Source: a virus (taxonomy: Duplodnaviria > Caudoviricetes). Taken from it: a DNA stretch of 42,068 bases. The notes under the pieces are model-generated. The model had not been told where the DNA came from. It did no database searches and worked only from the letters and a program-made list of their open reading frames with translations. The stretch spans positions 1 to 42,068 of the IMG/VR virus record IMGVR_UViG_3300024286_000002, one strand, 5' to 3'. Each line of letters starts with the position of its first letter. The first letter of the stretch is position 1. Positions 33,964 through 42,068 of the stretch are shown here, piece by piece. The translations under genes were made by a program, and so were the position numbers.

Positions 33964-36317
33964 AAAAACTTCTACTTTCCCTAGCCCTGCTTTTAGCCTA
34001 TCGCGCACCAGCACAAACTAATACAGCTCGGATGTTGTCTGGCATCAATGCCCAGACCGGAACGACTTATACTTTTGTTTGCACGGATGCCACCAAGCTA
34101 GTCACATTCAACAATTCTAATCCAGTAGCGGCTACGCTGTTTGCAGCAACTGATCCGTGCTCCGGCCCTGGCATTATGTTCAGCGTCAAGAATATCGGCG
34201 CCGGCAATGTCACAATCACGCCGGTCAGCGGCACAATCAACGGCAGCGCAAGCCTTATCCTGCAGCCACTCCAAGGCGCAGACATTTGGAACGATGGAGC
34301 GAACTACACATCTGAAGGAAGTACTACTGCCGGCCCTCCACCAGCAGGATTCCCCCGCCTCGACCAAGTGACCGATCAAAACATCAGCAAGTCATTCAAT
34401 CAAGGTACTGGAAGCCTTTCTTTTAGCGGCGGTCCAGGTCTCAATCTATCTGGCGAGACCTCGGCAATGACGATTCCCCTTGTGGCTGGATGCGCCACTA
34501 CCTCGAGCGGTCAGATTTGCTTCGATACAACCGGATTGAACTATCACGGCAATCAGGGAGCGGATTCAATTATCCCTTCATTTGTGCCTGGTGGAGTTAA
34601 CAGTGGAGACATGGCCGGTTTTTTACTCTCTGGTGGCAAATGGACACTGACAAGTTTAGGGCCACCATCGAGCAGCAGCGGTACTGTCGTTACAGCCACA
34701 ATCTCCAACATTCAGGACGGCGATTCGATTTGTTGGGATAACACGATTACGCCTCCAGGCTTCGTGAACTGTCCTCCTGGCGTGCCACCTGTAGTCATTA
34801 GCGGAACCACGTATGCTTTTGATGGAACGGAACGCGGAGAAATCCTCTATCTAACTGCTGTAGGCACTAAAGCCATTTCCCTGCCGCAAGCCAGCGATGC
34901 TACCGCTTTCAATGGGAACTGGTTTACTTTCGTCAAAAATGATGGCGCTGGCCTAGCAACGATCACCGCTACTACCTCAACATTCTTTTCAACAGGTGGC
35001 GCTACCCTTACCATCGCGCAAGGAATTGGATGCTCGATTTTCTCCGATCCAACAGGCACAGGAACGTACTATGACCGATGCTCGCCTGTCCCCTTGACTG
35101 CAAGCACCAATATTACTCTCACTCCAGCGGCTTATGCGATTTCGATTGCTGCGGCTGGCGGTGGCGGTGGAACGATTACCGGCGCTGGCACGGCCAACAA
35201 CGTAACCAAGTGGACTGGTGCGGCGACGGTAGGCAATGGCTGCGGAATAGATGATGGCACCAACGCGGTGCGCTGTGACAAAGGCTATGACGTTAACCAG
35301 TTAGGCGCTTATCTCTGGTGGGCTACGAACAATGCGGTTACTGGAACCACTGCCAATAAACTAGCTTGCGACGATGGCACGGGCAAAGCCATTATCTGTC
35401 CTTTCGCATCTTCCACTACAAATAATCCTCTAGGCGTGGCTGTAGCAGCGAACGGCGCCACTCCAGGTACTACTGGCTCAACCGGAATCTGCATCATCGG
35501 CTTTTGCTCAGTCATCATGGACAATGGGGCTACGGCAGGGCATTACGCACAATCCAGCACCACAGTAAACGGAGATTTGAGCGACGTAGGAACGACGATT
35601 CCAACCAACGGTCAATCCTACTGGTACATCTTCACCGGCAACGCTGGCGCCGGCACAGCGGCAATCATCCGCAATCTCACGCCTAGCGAATTAAATGCCT
35701 CCAGCATCAGCGGCGGCAATGGGCGCAACCTGCAACTCAGCGTAAATGGTACAGCCACAACCAAAACAATCAAGAATTTCAACTCCACGACACCAGCAGC
35801 AGGAGCAAACAATCAGAATCTAGTAGTACAGACTTCCGCGAGCGGAAATACGGATAGCATCAGCTTAGAAGTGCCTCTGGCCACTACTGGACAGGCTGGA
35901 CTTGTGCAACTCGCTGGAGGTTTGGGAGGCACTTCGGCTTCGCCTACGCTTCATACGAATCACGGTCTTGCTTTTAGCATTGGTACGCCAGGAGGAACGG
36001 CATTGACGGTGGCTTCGACCACCACCTCGTACCTCACTATTCCTTTCGCCTGTACCATTTCTGCCTACAATTTAGCCATAGATGCTGGAACGATCACTGT
36101 CAAATTCTGGAAGATAGCAACTGGCACGGCGATTCCCACCAGCGCCAACTCAATCAACACCAGTGGCGTAGGCATCTCAAGCGGCACGGCAATTCATTCC
36201 ACGACCCTAGGCGATTTCACCACCACAACGGTTAACGCTAACGACATCATGGCAATGAACGTGACTGCCGTAGCAACGGCAGCCTATGTCAGCGGGGTGC
36301 TAAAGTGCGATCAATAG
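33960..36317 (+). CDS. Signal-peptide-bearing tail fibre-like protein
   Basis: GGAG RBS with TTG; MKKLLLSLALLLAYRAPA|Q; two NAQTGTTYT..D / SGTTY..D modules. Confidence 0.8.
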   Translation: MKKLLLSLALLLAYRAPAQTNTARMLSGINAQTGTTYTFVCTDATKLVTFNNSNPVAATLFAATDPCSGPGIMFSVKNIGAGNVTITPVSGTINGSASLILQPLQGADIWNDGANYTSEGSTTAGPPPAGFPRLDQVTDQNISKSFNQGTGSLSFSGGPGLNLSGETSAMTIPLVAGCATTSSGQICFDTTGLNYHGNQGADSIIPSFVPGGVNSGDMAGFLLSGGKWTLTSLGPPSSSSGTVVTATISNIQDGDSICWDNTITPPGFVNCPPGVPPVVISGTTYAFDGTERGEILYLTAVGTKAISLPQASDATAFNGNWFTFVKNDGAGLATITATTSTFFSTGGATLTIAQGIGCSIFSDPTGTGTYYDRCSPVPLTASTNITLTPAAYAISIAAAGGGGGTITGAGTANNVTKWTGAATVGNGCGIDDGTNAVRCDKGYDVNQLGAYLWWATNNAVTGTTANKLACDDGTGKAIICPFASSTTNNPLGVAVAANGATPGTTGSTGICIIGFCSVIMDNGATAGHYAQSSTTVNGDLSDVGTTIPTNGQSYWYIFTGNAGAGTAAIIRNLTPSELNASSISGGNGRNLQLSVNGTATTKTIKNFNSTTPAAGANNQNLVVQTSASGNTDSISLEVPLATTGQAGLVQLAGGLGGTSASPTLHTNHGLAFSIGTPGGTALTVASTTTSYLTIPFACTISAYNLAIDAGTITVKFWKIATGTAIPTSANSINTSGVGISSGTAIHSTTLGDFTTTTVNANDIMAMNVTAVATAAYVSGVLKCDQ

Positions 36318-37942
36318 TTCTACTCGGACTATTGTTCTGCCCTGCGCTTGCCGTGGCGCAATTTCCATATCCATACATCTTGCCGATTCAAGCGGTGACC
36401 AGCAACAACAACTCTTGTATTTTCAACCACAACGTAACAAGCGGAAATTACATGATTGTCGGCTCTAGCTGGTTTAGCGCCGGAGCTGCGCCAAGTCTCA
36501 GCGATACGCGCAGCACTAGTTACACGCAAAAGGTCTATAGCTCGACTGGTTCTGGCTCAGTTGGCGCTGCTATCTATGCCGGTACGCTTGGTTCTTCGGG
36601 AGCTAACACTGTCACTTTCTCCATCAGCGGAGCCACGTTCCAGCAAACCTACTGTGCAGAGTTTCCTCCTTCATTTTCGCTGACAACGGATGGAACAGAC
36701 ATTACAAATTACTCAGGGAATCCCGCAACCATCACCAGCACTGGCATTACAACTACGTTGAGCGGTGACATTCTCATATCACTGGCCGGAGGCTTCCATA
36801 ATAACTCTATCTGCGGGCCAGTAGACGCTCGCGGCGTTCCAGCTAATTTTGTCTATAAGGGCTTGGGATTGGCGCGGAACAATGATGGTGGATGCTGGCT
36901 CTACAAAGTGACTGGAGCAGCGGGGAGCTACACGAACAGTTTCACGAACTGGCAGAACATGGACCAGGGATTAGTGGTCACGGCAGCTTTTAAAGCCAAT
37001 CCTATGCACATCTCTACGCCACTTGCTATTCCTAACGGCTCGCTCTCGAAAACTTATAATTATACTTTGGGTGCGGCGGGAGCGGCTTCCACCGTCACAT
37101 GGTCGGGCACGCCTCCTCTGGGTTTATCGCTAAACGCCTCAACCGGAGCAATCACTGGCACGCCTACGGTGAGCAATCACTATTCATTCAGCATATCTGC
37201 CAATGATGGCACCACAACTGACACGCAGACCTTGACGATGGACGTTGTGACTTCGTTTGGGGCTATAAGCGTAGTGCAGACCAAGGGAAACACTGGAGCT
37301 CTTGCTCCTCCCTTAACGTTTACCAGCAATGTCACTTCTGGGAATATTGGAGTTATCTTCGCCAATGATGTGGTCGGAACGTTTTATGCTGGTTCTCCTA
37401 TTAGCTGCACGGATTCGCTCAATACCGTCTACAATCGCGTCACTTTGAATAACATGGTATTTGACGACAACGAACAAATTTTCATCGGTAAATTCACTTC
37501 TAGCGGGGCTAACACCGTTACCTGCCAAAACGCAGATGGCAGCGGTGGAGGCGGTGTTGACGCTCAAATGGGCGCAATAGCGGAACTGGCCAATGTCCAG
37601 AACTTTGGAGACTTCTCTGATGTCAAATGGGACACTTCGGCCTCGCCTGTTACTTCCACGTCTCTGACAACTCCTGTACCAGATTCCATTGTTTTATGTG
37701 AAGCGGTAGGCCGGACAGGCGCAACAACGTTTACAGCGCAAGCTCCATTTACAGCAGTCGGCGGCACGGCCAATTCTAATGGCGCGTATGACATAGCGAC
37801 TACTGTGACTGGTTATGCCTGTACGTATACAATGGCCGGAAACACAGACGGCAACTGGCAGATTCAAAACATAGCTTTAAGGCCGAGCGCAGGAGTAGTT
37901 GTACCACCGGCACCGGCGAATAACTTTTCTACGGTGTTTTAG
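36305..37942 (+). CDS. Signal-peptide-bearing protein with two paralogous beta domains flanking a putative Ig domain
   Basis: MRSIVLLGLLFCPALAVA|Q; P.GLSLN.STG.ITGTPT; VTSGN...D....Y...SSGANTVT occurs twice. Confidence 0.8.
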   Translation: MRSIVLLGLLFCPALAVAQFPYPYILPIQAVTSNNNSCIFNHNVTSGNYMIVGSSWFSAGAAPSLSDTRSTSYTQKVYSSTGSGSVGAAIYAGTLGSSGANTVTFSISGATFQQTYCAEFPPSFSLTTDGTDITNYSGNPATITSTGITTTLSGDILISLAGGFHNNSICGPVDARGVPANFVYKGLGLARNNDGGCWLYKVTGAAGSYTNSFTNWQNMDQGLVVTAAFKANPMHISTPLAIPNGSLSKTYNYTLGAAGAASTVTWSGTPPLGLSLNASTGAITGTPTVSNHYSFSISANDGTTTDTQTLTMDVVTSFGAISVVQTKGNTGALAPPLTFTSNVTSGNIGVIFANDVVGTFYAGSPISCTDSLNTVYNRVTLNNMVFDDNEQIFIGKFTSSGANTVTCQNADGSGGGGVDAQMGAIAELANVQNFGDFSDVKWDTSASPVTSTSLTTPVPDSIVLCEAVGRTGATTFTAQAPFTAVGGTANSNGAYDIATTVTGYACTYTMAGNTDGNWQIQNIALRPSAGVVVPPAPANNFSTVF

Positions 37943-37954
37943 GGAGGATATGAC

Positions 37955-40813
37955 GTGAGACGACTACTGTTTGCAATGGGCCTCCTGCTTTGCGCTTCGG
38001 CGGCTAATGCCTCCATTGCGAATATCTACTACGCCCAAACCGCTGCTGGTCTAGCCGATGGGACTTCATGCGCCAATGCCTATGCTGTGCATGATGCCGT
38101 GAACGGCTTCAACGCTGCCGGCAAGTGGGGCGCTGGCGGTACACAGATTGGCCAAGATACCGTAGTACATCTCTGCGGTACATACACAGGGGCGGCAAAT
38201 GAGCAGGATGTTCTCTTTCCACAAGGCAGCGGTGCAAGTGGCCATCCAATCACGGTTAAAGCGGAGACTGGATTTATTCTCACATCTCCGGTATGGGGCG
38301 CTTTTACTGGATCGCCTATCACCAATCACCAGAATTTCATCGTATTTGATGGAGCAAATACAGGCATAATCCGCAACACGGCAAACGGCACTGGTCTAGC
38401 GTTCAATCAAAACTCCAATTTCTTCTTCAACGATGGCCATGACGTAACCATCAAGAATTGGACACTGACCAATCTTTGCGTGCATCTGGCCAGCCCGAAC
38501 GATGAGACTTCCTGCTCTAGCTCTGGTGTACAGCCTTATGCGATTCAAACCAGCGGCTCAAATAACCTCGTTACTGGCAATACGATCAGCAACACCTTCG
38601 CAGGAGTGTTTTTCAGCGAAGGCGCTTCTGATACTGGAGTAGTCATTTCCAACAACACCATTTCCAATATGAACTGGGGCATCGGTATAGGGCTTACGAC
38701 TGGTGCTAATTCTGGAACGCTCGACGTTTTCGGAAACGACATTTCTACTGCTGCGAATTGGGACGAAACCCTAAATAACAATCACCACAACTGCATTTTT
38801 TACTTCCAGGGAAATGGCGGTACGCAAAGCGGGGCCACCAATATCTACAACAATTACTGCCATGGGGACTTCGGAATCCACCAAACTTCGCTGCTTTTCA
38901 TCGATCCGAACGGCGGCACCATCGCTAACGTGCGAATCTTCAATAATTTGCTGGTGAATCCTTCAACCGTGAACGGCGCTGGAAACGGCTATATTACCGG
39001 CTGCGGTACAAATACAGTCCCATTCGGCCAGATTTACAACAACACCATCGTAGGCTCCGGCGCCGGCCTCGCTGGAATCAAAACCGATTCGCCTTGCAAG
39101 ATACTAAACAACATCATCACCGGCATGAAGATGGGCATTTCCGTCAATCCAGGGACTACGCTCACTAGTAGCAACAACAACGTCTTCTTTGGACTCACGG
39201 GCAATGGTGGGGCAGTAATGGGCTACGGCGCAACGAGCTATGCGACGGTGGCGGCTTGGATCTCCGGCACCGGCTTCGATACGGCTTCTTCTGTGTTAAA
39301 TCCTAACCTGAATAGTGCGAGCGTACCGCCCTATCAGCCACAAGCGGGGAGCTCGGCAATCCTCTTGGGCACCAACCTGACTGCCCTTGGGATTACTCCT
39401 TTGAACTCCGACTTCTTGGGAGTATCGAGGCCGGCACCGGCTACAAATTGGACTTCTGGAGCTTTCCAATTCGGTGGCGCAACGGCTCCTGTATTGTCTT
39501 TCAGTCCCAGTCCTGCGGCTTTTGGCAATCAGAACATAGGAACCACGGGAAGTCTTTCGATCACTGTATCGAACGTAGGCACGGCCACGGAAACCTATTC
39601 CAGCTTCTCGCTTTCGCCTTCTGTGTTCACAAACGGTAATACCGGACTAGGTGGGCAATGTCCTGCCAGCGGCACAATCGGAGTATCAGCTAGTTGTACG
39701 GTGCTCGCGAAGTTCACTCCTGCGGTTGTGACGAACTATAGCGGCACTTTGAGCTTTGTAGGGACGGTAAATGGTTCGGATGTGCTCACAGGCTCTGGAA
39801 CCAATGCTATTTCGATTCCTAGCGTTCCTACGGGCCTAACCACGGCGGTTTCCGGCTCGACTGTGAACCTTTCGTGGACAGCTTCCACTGGAACGCCAGC
39901 TAATTACGTCCTAAGGCGTGCAACGGTCAGCGGAGGACCGTACACCACTATCGCTTCGCCTACTGTCACTTCATATGCTGATACCGGCCTCGCCGCTGGA
40001 ACCTATTTCTATGTGGTGGCAGCCCAAAACTCAGCAGGAACGAGCGCCAATTCCACTCAAGCCAACGCAACGATCATTGCTCTTGTGCCGGCGGTCAACA
40101 TCATTCCGGCATCTCTGAATTTTGGCCTAGTGAACCAAGGCTCGACAGCCACTCAAGGGCTCACTGTCACCAATAGCGGTACTGGGACGCTGAACCTAAC
40201 TGGCTCTGCCGTTACGATTTCAGGAGCGAATGCGGCTGATTTCACCGTGGACGGTACTACAACCTGTACCAATGGCCTAGCTCGCACTCCTGGCCAACAG
40301 TGCAATATCGTGATTGACTTCCTGCCCACGACTACCACGTTTGAGCAGGCTACGGTTTGCCTCAACAGCAATTCTCCTGACACTCCAGACTGCGCGACAA
40401 TGACTGGAACTGGAGTTGGGCCAGTACTCGTTTCCCCTACCAGCCTCAACTTCGGGAATATCAACAAAAACAAATCGAGCACGGCGCAAATCGTCACTTA
40501 TTCAAACAACAGCGGCTCGACGGTCACGCTATCTATCTCCATCACAGGCACCAATGCCTCTGAATTCAGCAAAACAACGACTTGCGGCGGCACGCAGCCG
40601 AACGGAACGCCTTGCACGGTCAGCGTTACATTCAGCCCAACGTCAAACGGCAGCAAGAGCGCCAATCTGGTGTTCACCGATACGGCGTCTGGCAGTCCTC
40701 GCACCGTCACTCTTTCGGGCCAAGCAACAGGCAAGAAAGTGCTTAGAGTTGGAGCGGTTGTAGGCTATAAGAAGAAACAAACGAATTGCTGCATAAAACG
40801 CACGTTAATCTAG
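37955..40813 (+). CDS. Signal-peptide-bearing beta-helix protein with FN3 and three choice-of-anchor D/ASH Ig domains
   Basis: MRRLLFAMGLLLCASAANA|; I.NN repeats; LSWTAS...Y...Y.V.A.N; three F.N/FG...C......C.V...F.P units. Confidence 0.85.
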   Translation: MRRLLFAMGLLLCASAANASIANIYYAQTAAGLADGTSCANAYAVHDAVNGFNAAGKWGAGGTQIGQDTVVHLCGTYTGAANEQDVLFPQGSGASGHPITVKAETGFILTSPVWGAFTGSPITNHQNFIVFDGANTGIIRNTANGTGLAFNQNSNFFFNDGHDVTIKNWTLTNLCVHLASPNDETSCSSSGVQPYAIQTSGSNNLVTGNTISNTFAGVFFSEGASDTGVVISNNTISNMNWGIGIGLTTGANSGTLDVFGNDISTAANWDETLNNNHHNCIFYFQGNGGTQSGATNIYNNYCHGDFGIHQTSLLFIDPNGGTIANVRIFNNLLVNPSTVNGAGNGYITGCGTNTVPFGQIYNNTIVGSGAGLAGIKTDSPCKILNNIITGMKMGISVNPGTTLTSSNNNVFFGLTGNGGAVMGYGATSYATVAAWISGTGFDTASSVLNPNLNSASVPPYQPQAGSSAILLGTNLTALGITPLNSDFLGVSRPAPATNWTSGAFQFGGATAPVLSFSPSPAAFGNQNIGTTGSLSITVSNVGTATETYSSFSLSPSVFTNGNTGLGGQCPASGTIGVSASCTVLAKFTPAVVTNYSGTLSFVGTVNGSDVLTGSGTNAISIPSVPTGLTTAVSGSTVNLSWTASTGTPANYVLRRATVSGGPYTTIASPTVTSYADTGLAAGTYFYVVAAQNSAGTSANSTQANATIIALVPAVNIIPASLNFGLVNQGSTATQGLTVTNSGTGTLNLTGSAVTISGANAADFTVDGTTTCTNGLARTPGQQCNIVIDFLPTTTTFEQATVCLNSNSPDTPDCATMTGTGVGPVLVSPTSLNFGNINKNKSSTAQIVTYSNNSGSTVTLSISITGTNASEFSKTTTCGGTQPNGTPCTVSVTFSPTSNGSKSANLVFTDTASGSPRTVTLSGQATGKKVLRVGAVVGYKKKQTNCCIKRTLI

Positions 40814-40818
40814 GAGGA

Positions 40819-41079
40819 ATGATGAGCGTAGGCCAATTTTTCCTGCATTCTGAACTGGGGCATTTCATCCTGTACTTTGCTGGAATCTCTTTTGTTGGCG
40901 GGATGCCGGCGCCTACGGCTACCTCTGGCGTGGCTTATAAGTGGGCATTCGCCAGCCTCAATTCGTTTGCCGGCAATCTGGCGCGTGCTTTCAGCACCAA
41001 GATCGAGAAGTCTCCTAACTTTCAGGATGCCGTGCAGAAGCAGATTGATTTGCAAGCTCCACAAGGTCCAAAGCAGTAA
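40819..41079 (+). CDS. Small membrane protein, holin-like
   Basis: AGGAGG RBS; hydrophobic segment, MP.P...Y.W.F..L...AGNL. Confidence 0.65.
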   Translation: MMSVGQFFLHSELGHFILYFAGISFVGGMPAPTATSGVAYKWAFASLNSFAGNLARAFSTKIEKSPNFQDAVQKQIDLQAPQGPKQ

Positions 41080-41090
41080 AAGGAGTAGTT

Positions 41091-41288
41091 ATGCCTATAA
41101 TCACCGTTCTAATCACGCTTATCGTCATCGGTTTGCTGCTGTGGCTCGCCAATACTTACATACCGATGGATGGCAAGATCAAAAATATCCTCAACGTCGT
41201 GGTCATCATTCTGGTGGTTCTGTGGCTGCTCAACGTATTCGGAGTATTTTCTATGAATTTGGGAACTGTGCCGAGGGTACGCCATTGA
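41091..41288 (+). CDS. Two-TM membrane protein (Thivi_2564-like)
   Basis: LIVIGLLLWL.N.YIPM..KIK.ILNVVV. Confidence 0.85.
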   Translation: MPIITVLITLIVIGLLLWLANTYIPMDGKIKNILNVVVIILVVLWLLNVFGVFSMNLGTVPRVRH

Positions 41289-41500
41289 GCTGGGATGGTT
41301 TCCTCAAATCGCTTGAGACGGATGGAGGAAAACTATTTGTAACTATCTCCATGATAGTTTTCGTTCTTTTTGTCTGTATGGTCCTTTTGTTGTTTAAGGT
41401 GCAGATACAGGAGACTGGCAGGAATCAATTAGCTACTTTCTTCGGTTTACTTGCAGGAGTGTTAATTGTTTACTTGAAGCCATCCGGTCCAGCCAAGTGA
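41285..41500 (+). CDS. Two-TM membrane protein, holin-like
   Basis: TTG overlapping upstream TGA; two hydrophobic helices. Confidence 0.65.
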   Translation: MSWDGFLKSLETDGGKLFVTISMIVFVLFVCMVLLLFKVQIQETGRNQLATFFGLLAGVLIVYLKPSGPAK

Positions 41501-41742
41501 ATGCAAATCCAAACTACCTAGCCATTGTACTGTGGATTGCCAGCATGATCGCCCAATTCATTGCCTATATGATTCTTTTTGCCAAACAACGCGGCAGAGA
41601 TGAAGCTAAGATGGCTGAAATTGATAGTCAGAATGAAGCTATCAGTAGGCTAAAAGAAGAAGCTGTCGAGCATCGGCTGATGACTGAGAATATTGCCACA
41701 TATTTGGAAGCGAAAAACGGCATTTCGTTTAGGAGGTACTAG
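41497..41742 (+). CDS. Single-TM coiled-coil protein
   Basis: TM followed by heptads; GTGA coupling. Confidence 0.7.
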   Translation: MNANPNYLAIVLWIASMIAQFIAYMILFAKQRGRDEAKMAEIDSQNEAISRLKEEAVEHRLMTENIATYLEAKNGISFRRY

Positions 41743-41744
41743 CG

Positions 41745-41948
41745 ATGAGCGGTGGACACAAACCCGGCAAGGTGTTCAAAGCAACCGTACTATCGGTTAG
41801 TGGCGATACAGCCACAATCAAATCTTCTGAGGAGGACATAAACTATCTTGCGGGAATTATCGACATTGAGTCCCTATTTCACGTCACTTCTCCTGGTGCT
41901 GGCGGTAAGCCTAGCGGCGGCAAGCCCACTGCCGACGAAAACGCTTAG
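41745..41948 (+). CDS. Small protein with three GG(H)KP motifs
   Basis: AGGAGGT RBS; SGGHKP, AGGKP, SGGKP. Confidence 0.7.
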   Translation: MSGGHKPGKVFKATVLSVSGDTATIKSSEEDINYLAGIIDIESLFHVTSPGAGGKPSGGKPTADENA

Positions 41949-42068
41949 AGCCTATTTCCTAGCTGAACTGGCCGGCACGCTGATACTTGAATCAGCCCGT
42001 CATACGGTATCGTTTGACTCAGATACCTACCGGATTCTTTATTGTTTGGCGTTGCTGCCAGTTCGCTT
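41848..42068 (+). CDS. Multi-pass membrane protein, 5' part (continues at 120..504)
   Basis: MRELSTLSPYFTSLLLVLAVSLAAASPLPTKTLRAYFLAE...; frame open across the junction. Confidence 0.65.
   Translation, partial: MRELSTLSPYFTSLLLVLAVSLAAASPLPTKTLRAYFLAELAGTLILESARHTVSFDSDTYRILYCLALLPVR
41950..42068. repeat. Terminal direct repeat, copy 2
   Basis: Identical to 1..119. Confidence 0.97.

Noticed and set aside
32785-40813. Diversity-generating retroelement acting on fibres
   Set aside because: No reverse transcriptase, and no near-identical TR/VR nucleotide repeat seen
40877-41284. N-terminal 136 aa of the 207-aa ORF
   Set aside because: Overlaps two better-supported genes; the real start is likely TTG 41285
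1-42068. CRISPR array, tRNA genes, IS elements, alternative genetic code
   Set aside because: No spaced repeat arrays, cloverleaf/T-loop signatures or transposase seen; genes tile densely under the standard code

Overview
This is a complete circular genome (41,949 bp plus a 119-bp end overlap) of a P22-like podovirus. Two transcription arms diverge from a promoter pair at about 12.35-12.45 kb. The left (-) arm carries many small early genes, a PEP-CTERM surface protein, a HAD hydrolase, an IbrA/IbrB-like PAPS-reductase/ParB pair, an RHH regulator, ERF recombinase, nucleases, a lipoprotein and a DUF5675 putative lysin. The right (+) arm carries terminase, GroES, portal, scaffold, coat, decoration, adaptor/hub, ejection and fibre proteins, and holin-like membrane proteins. 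I recognise no integrase, CI repressor, polymerase, primase or helicase. Domain content (PEP-CTERM, choice-of-anchor D/ASH domains, Thivi_2564-type protein) suggests a diderm host, possibly Acidobacteriota (inference). The most striking signal is that six virion-appendage genes (about a quarter of the genome), including the tailspike with the head-binding domain, begin with Sec-type signal peptides and carry even numbers of cysteines. This suggests periplasmic, disulfide-dependent maturation of tail parts. Other notable items are a split gp10 hub gene, a dual-start Ig-like protein with a duplicated terminal strand, four structured intergenic RNAs, an adaptor gene lacking its expected start codon, and an overlapping small-protein/multi-pass membrane protein pair. 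All family calls are by eye, without database searches.
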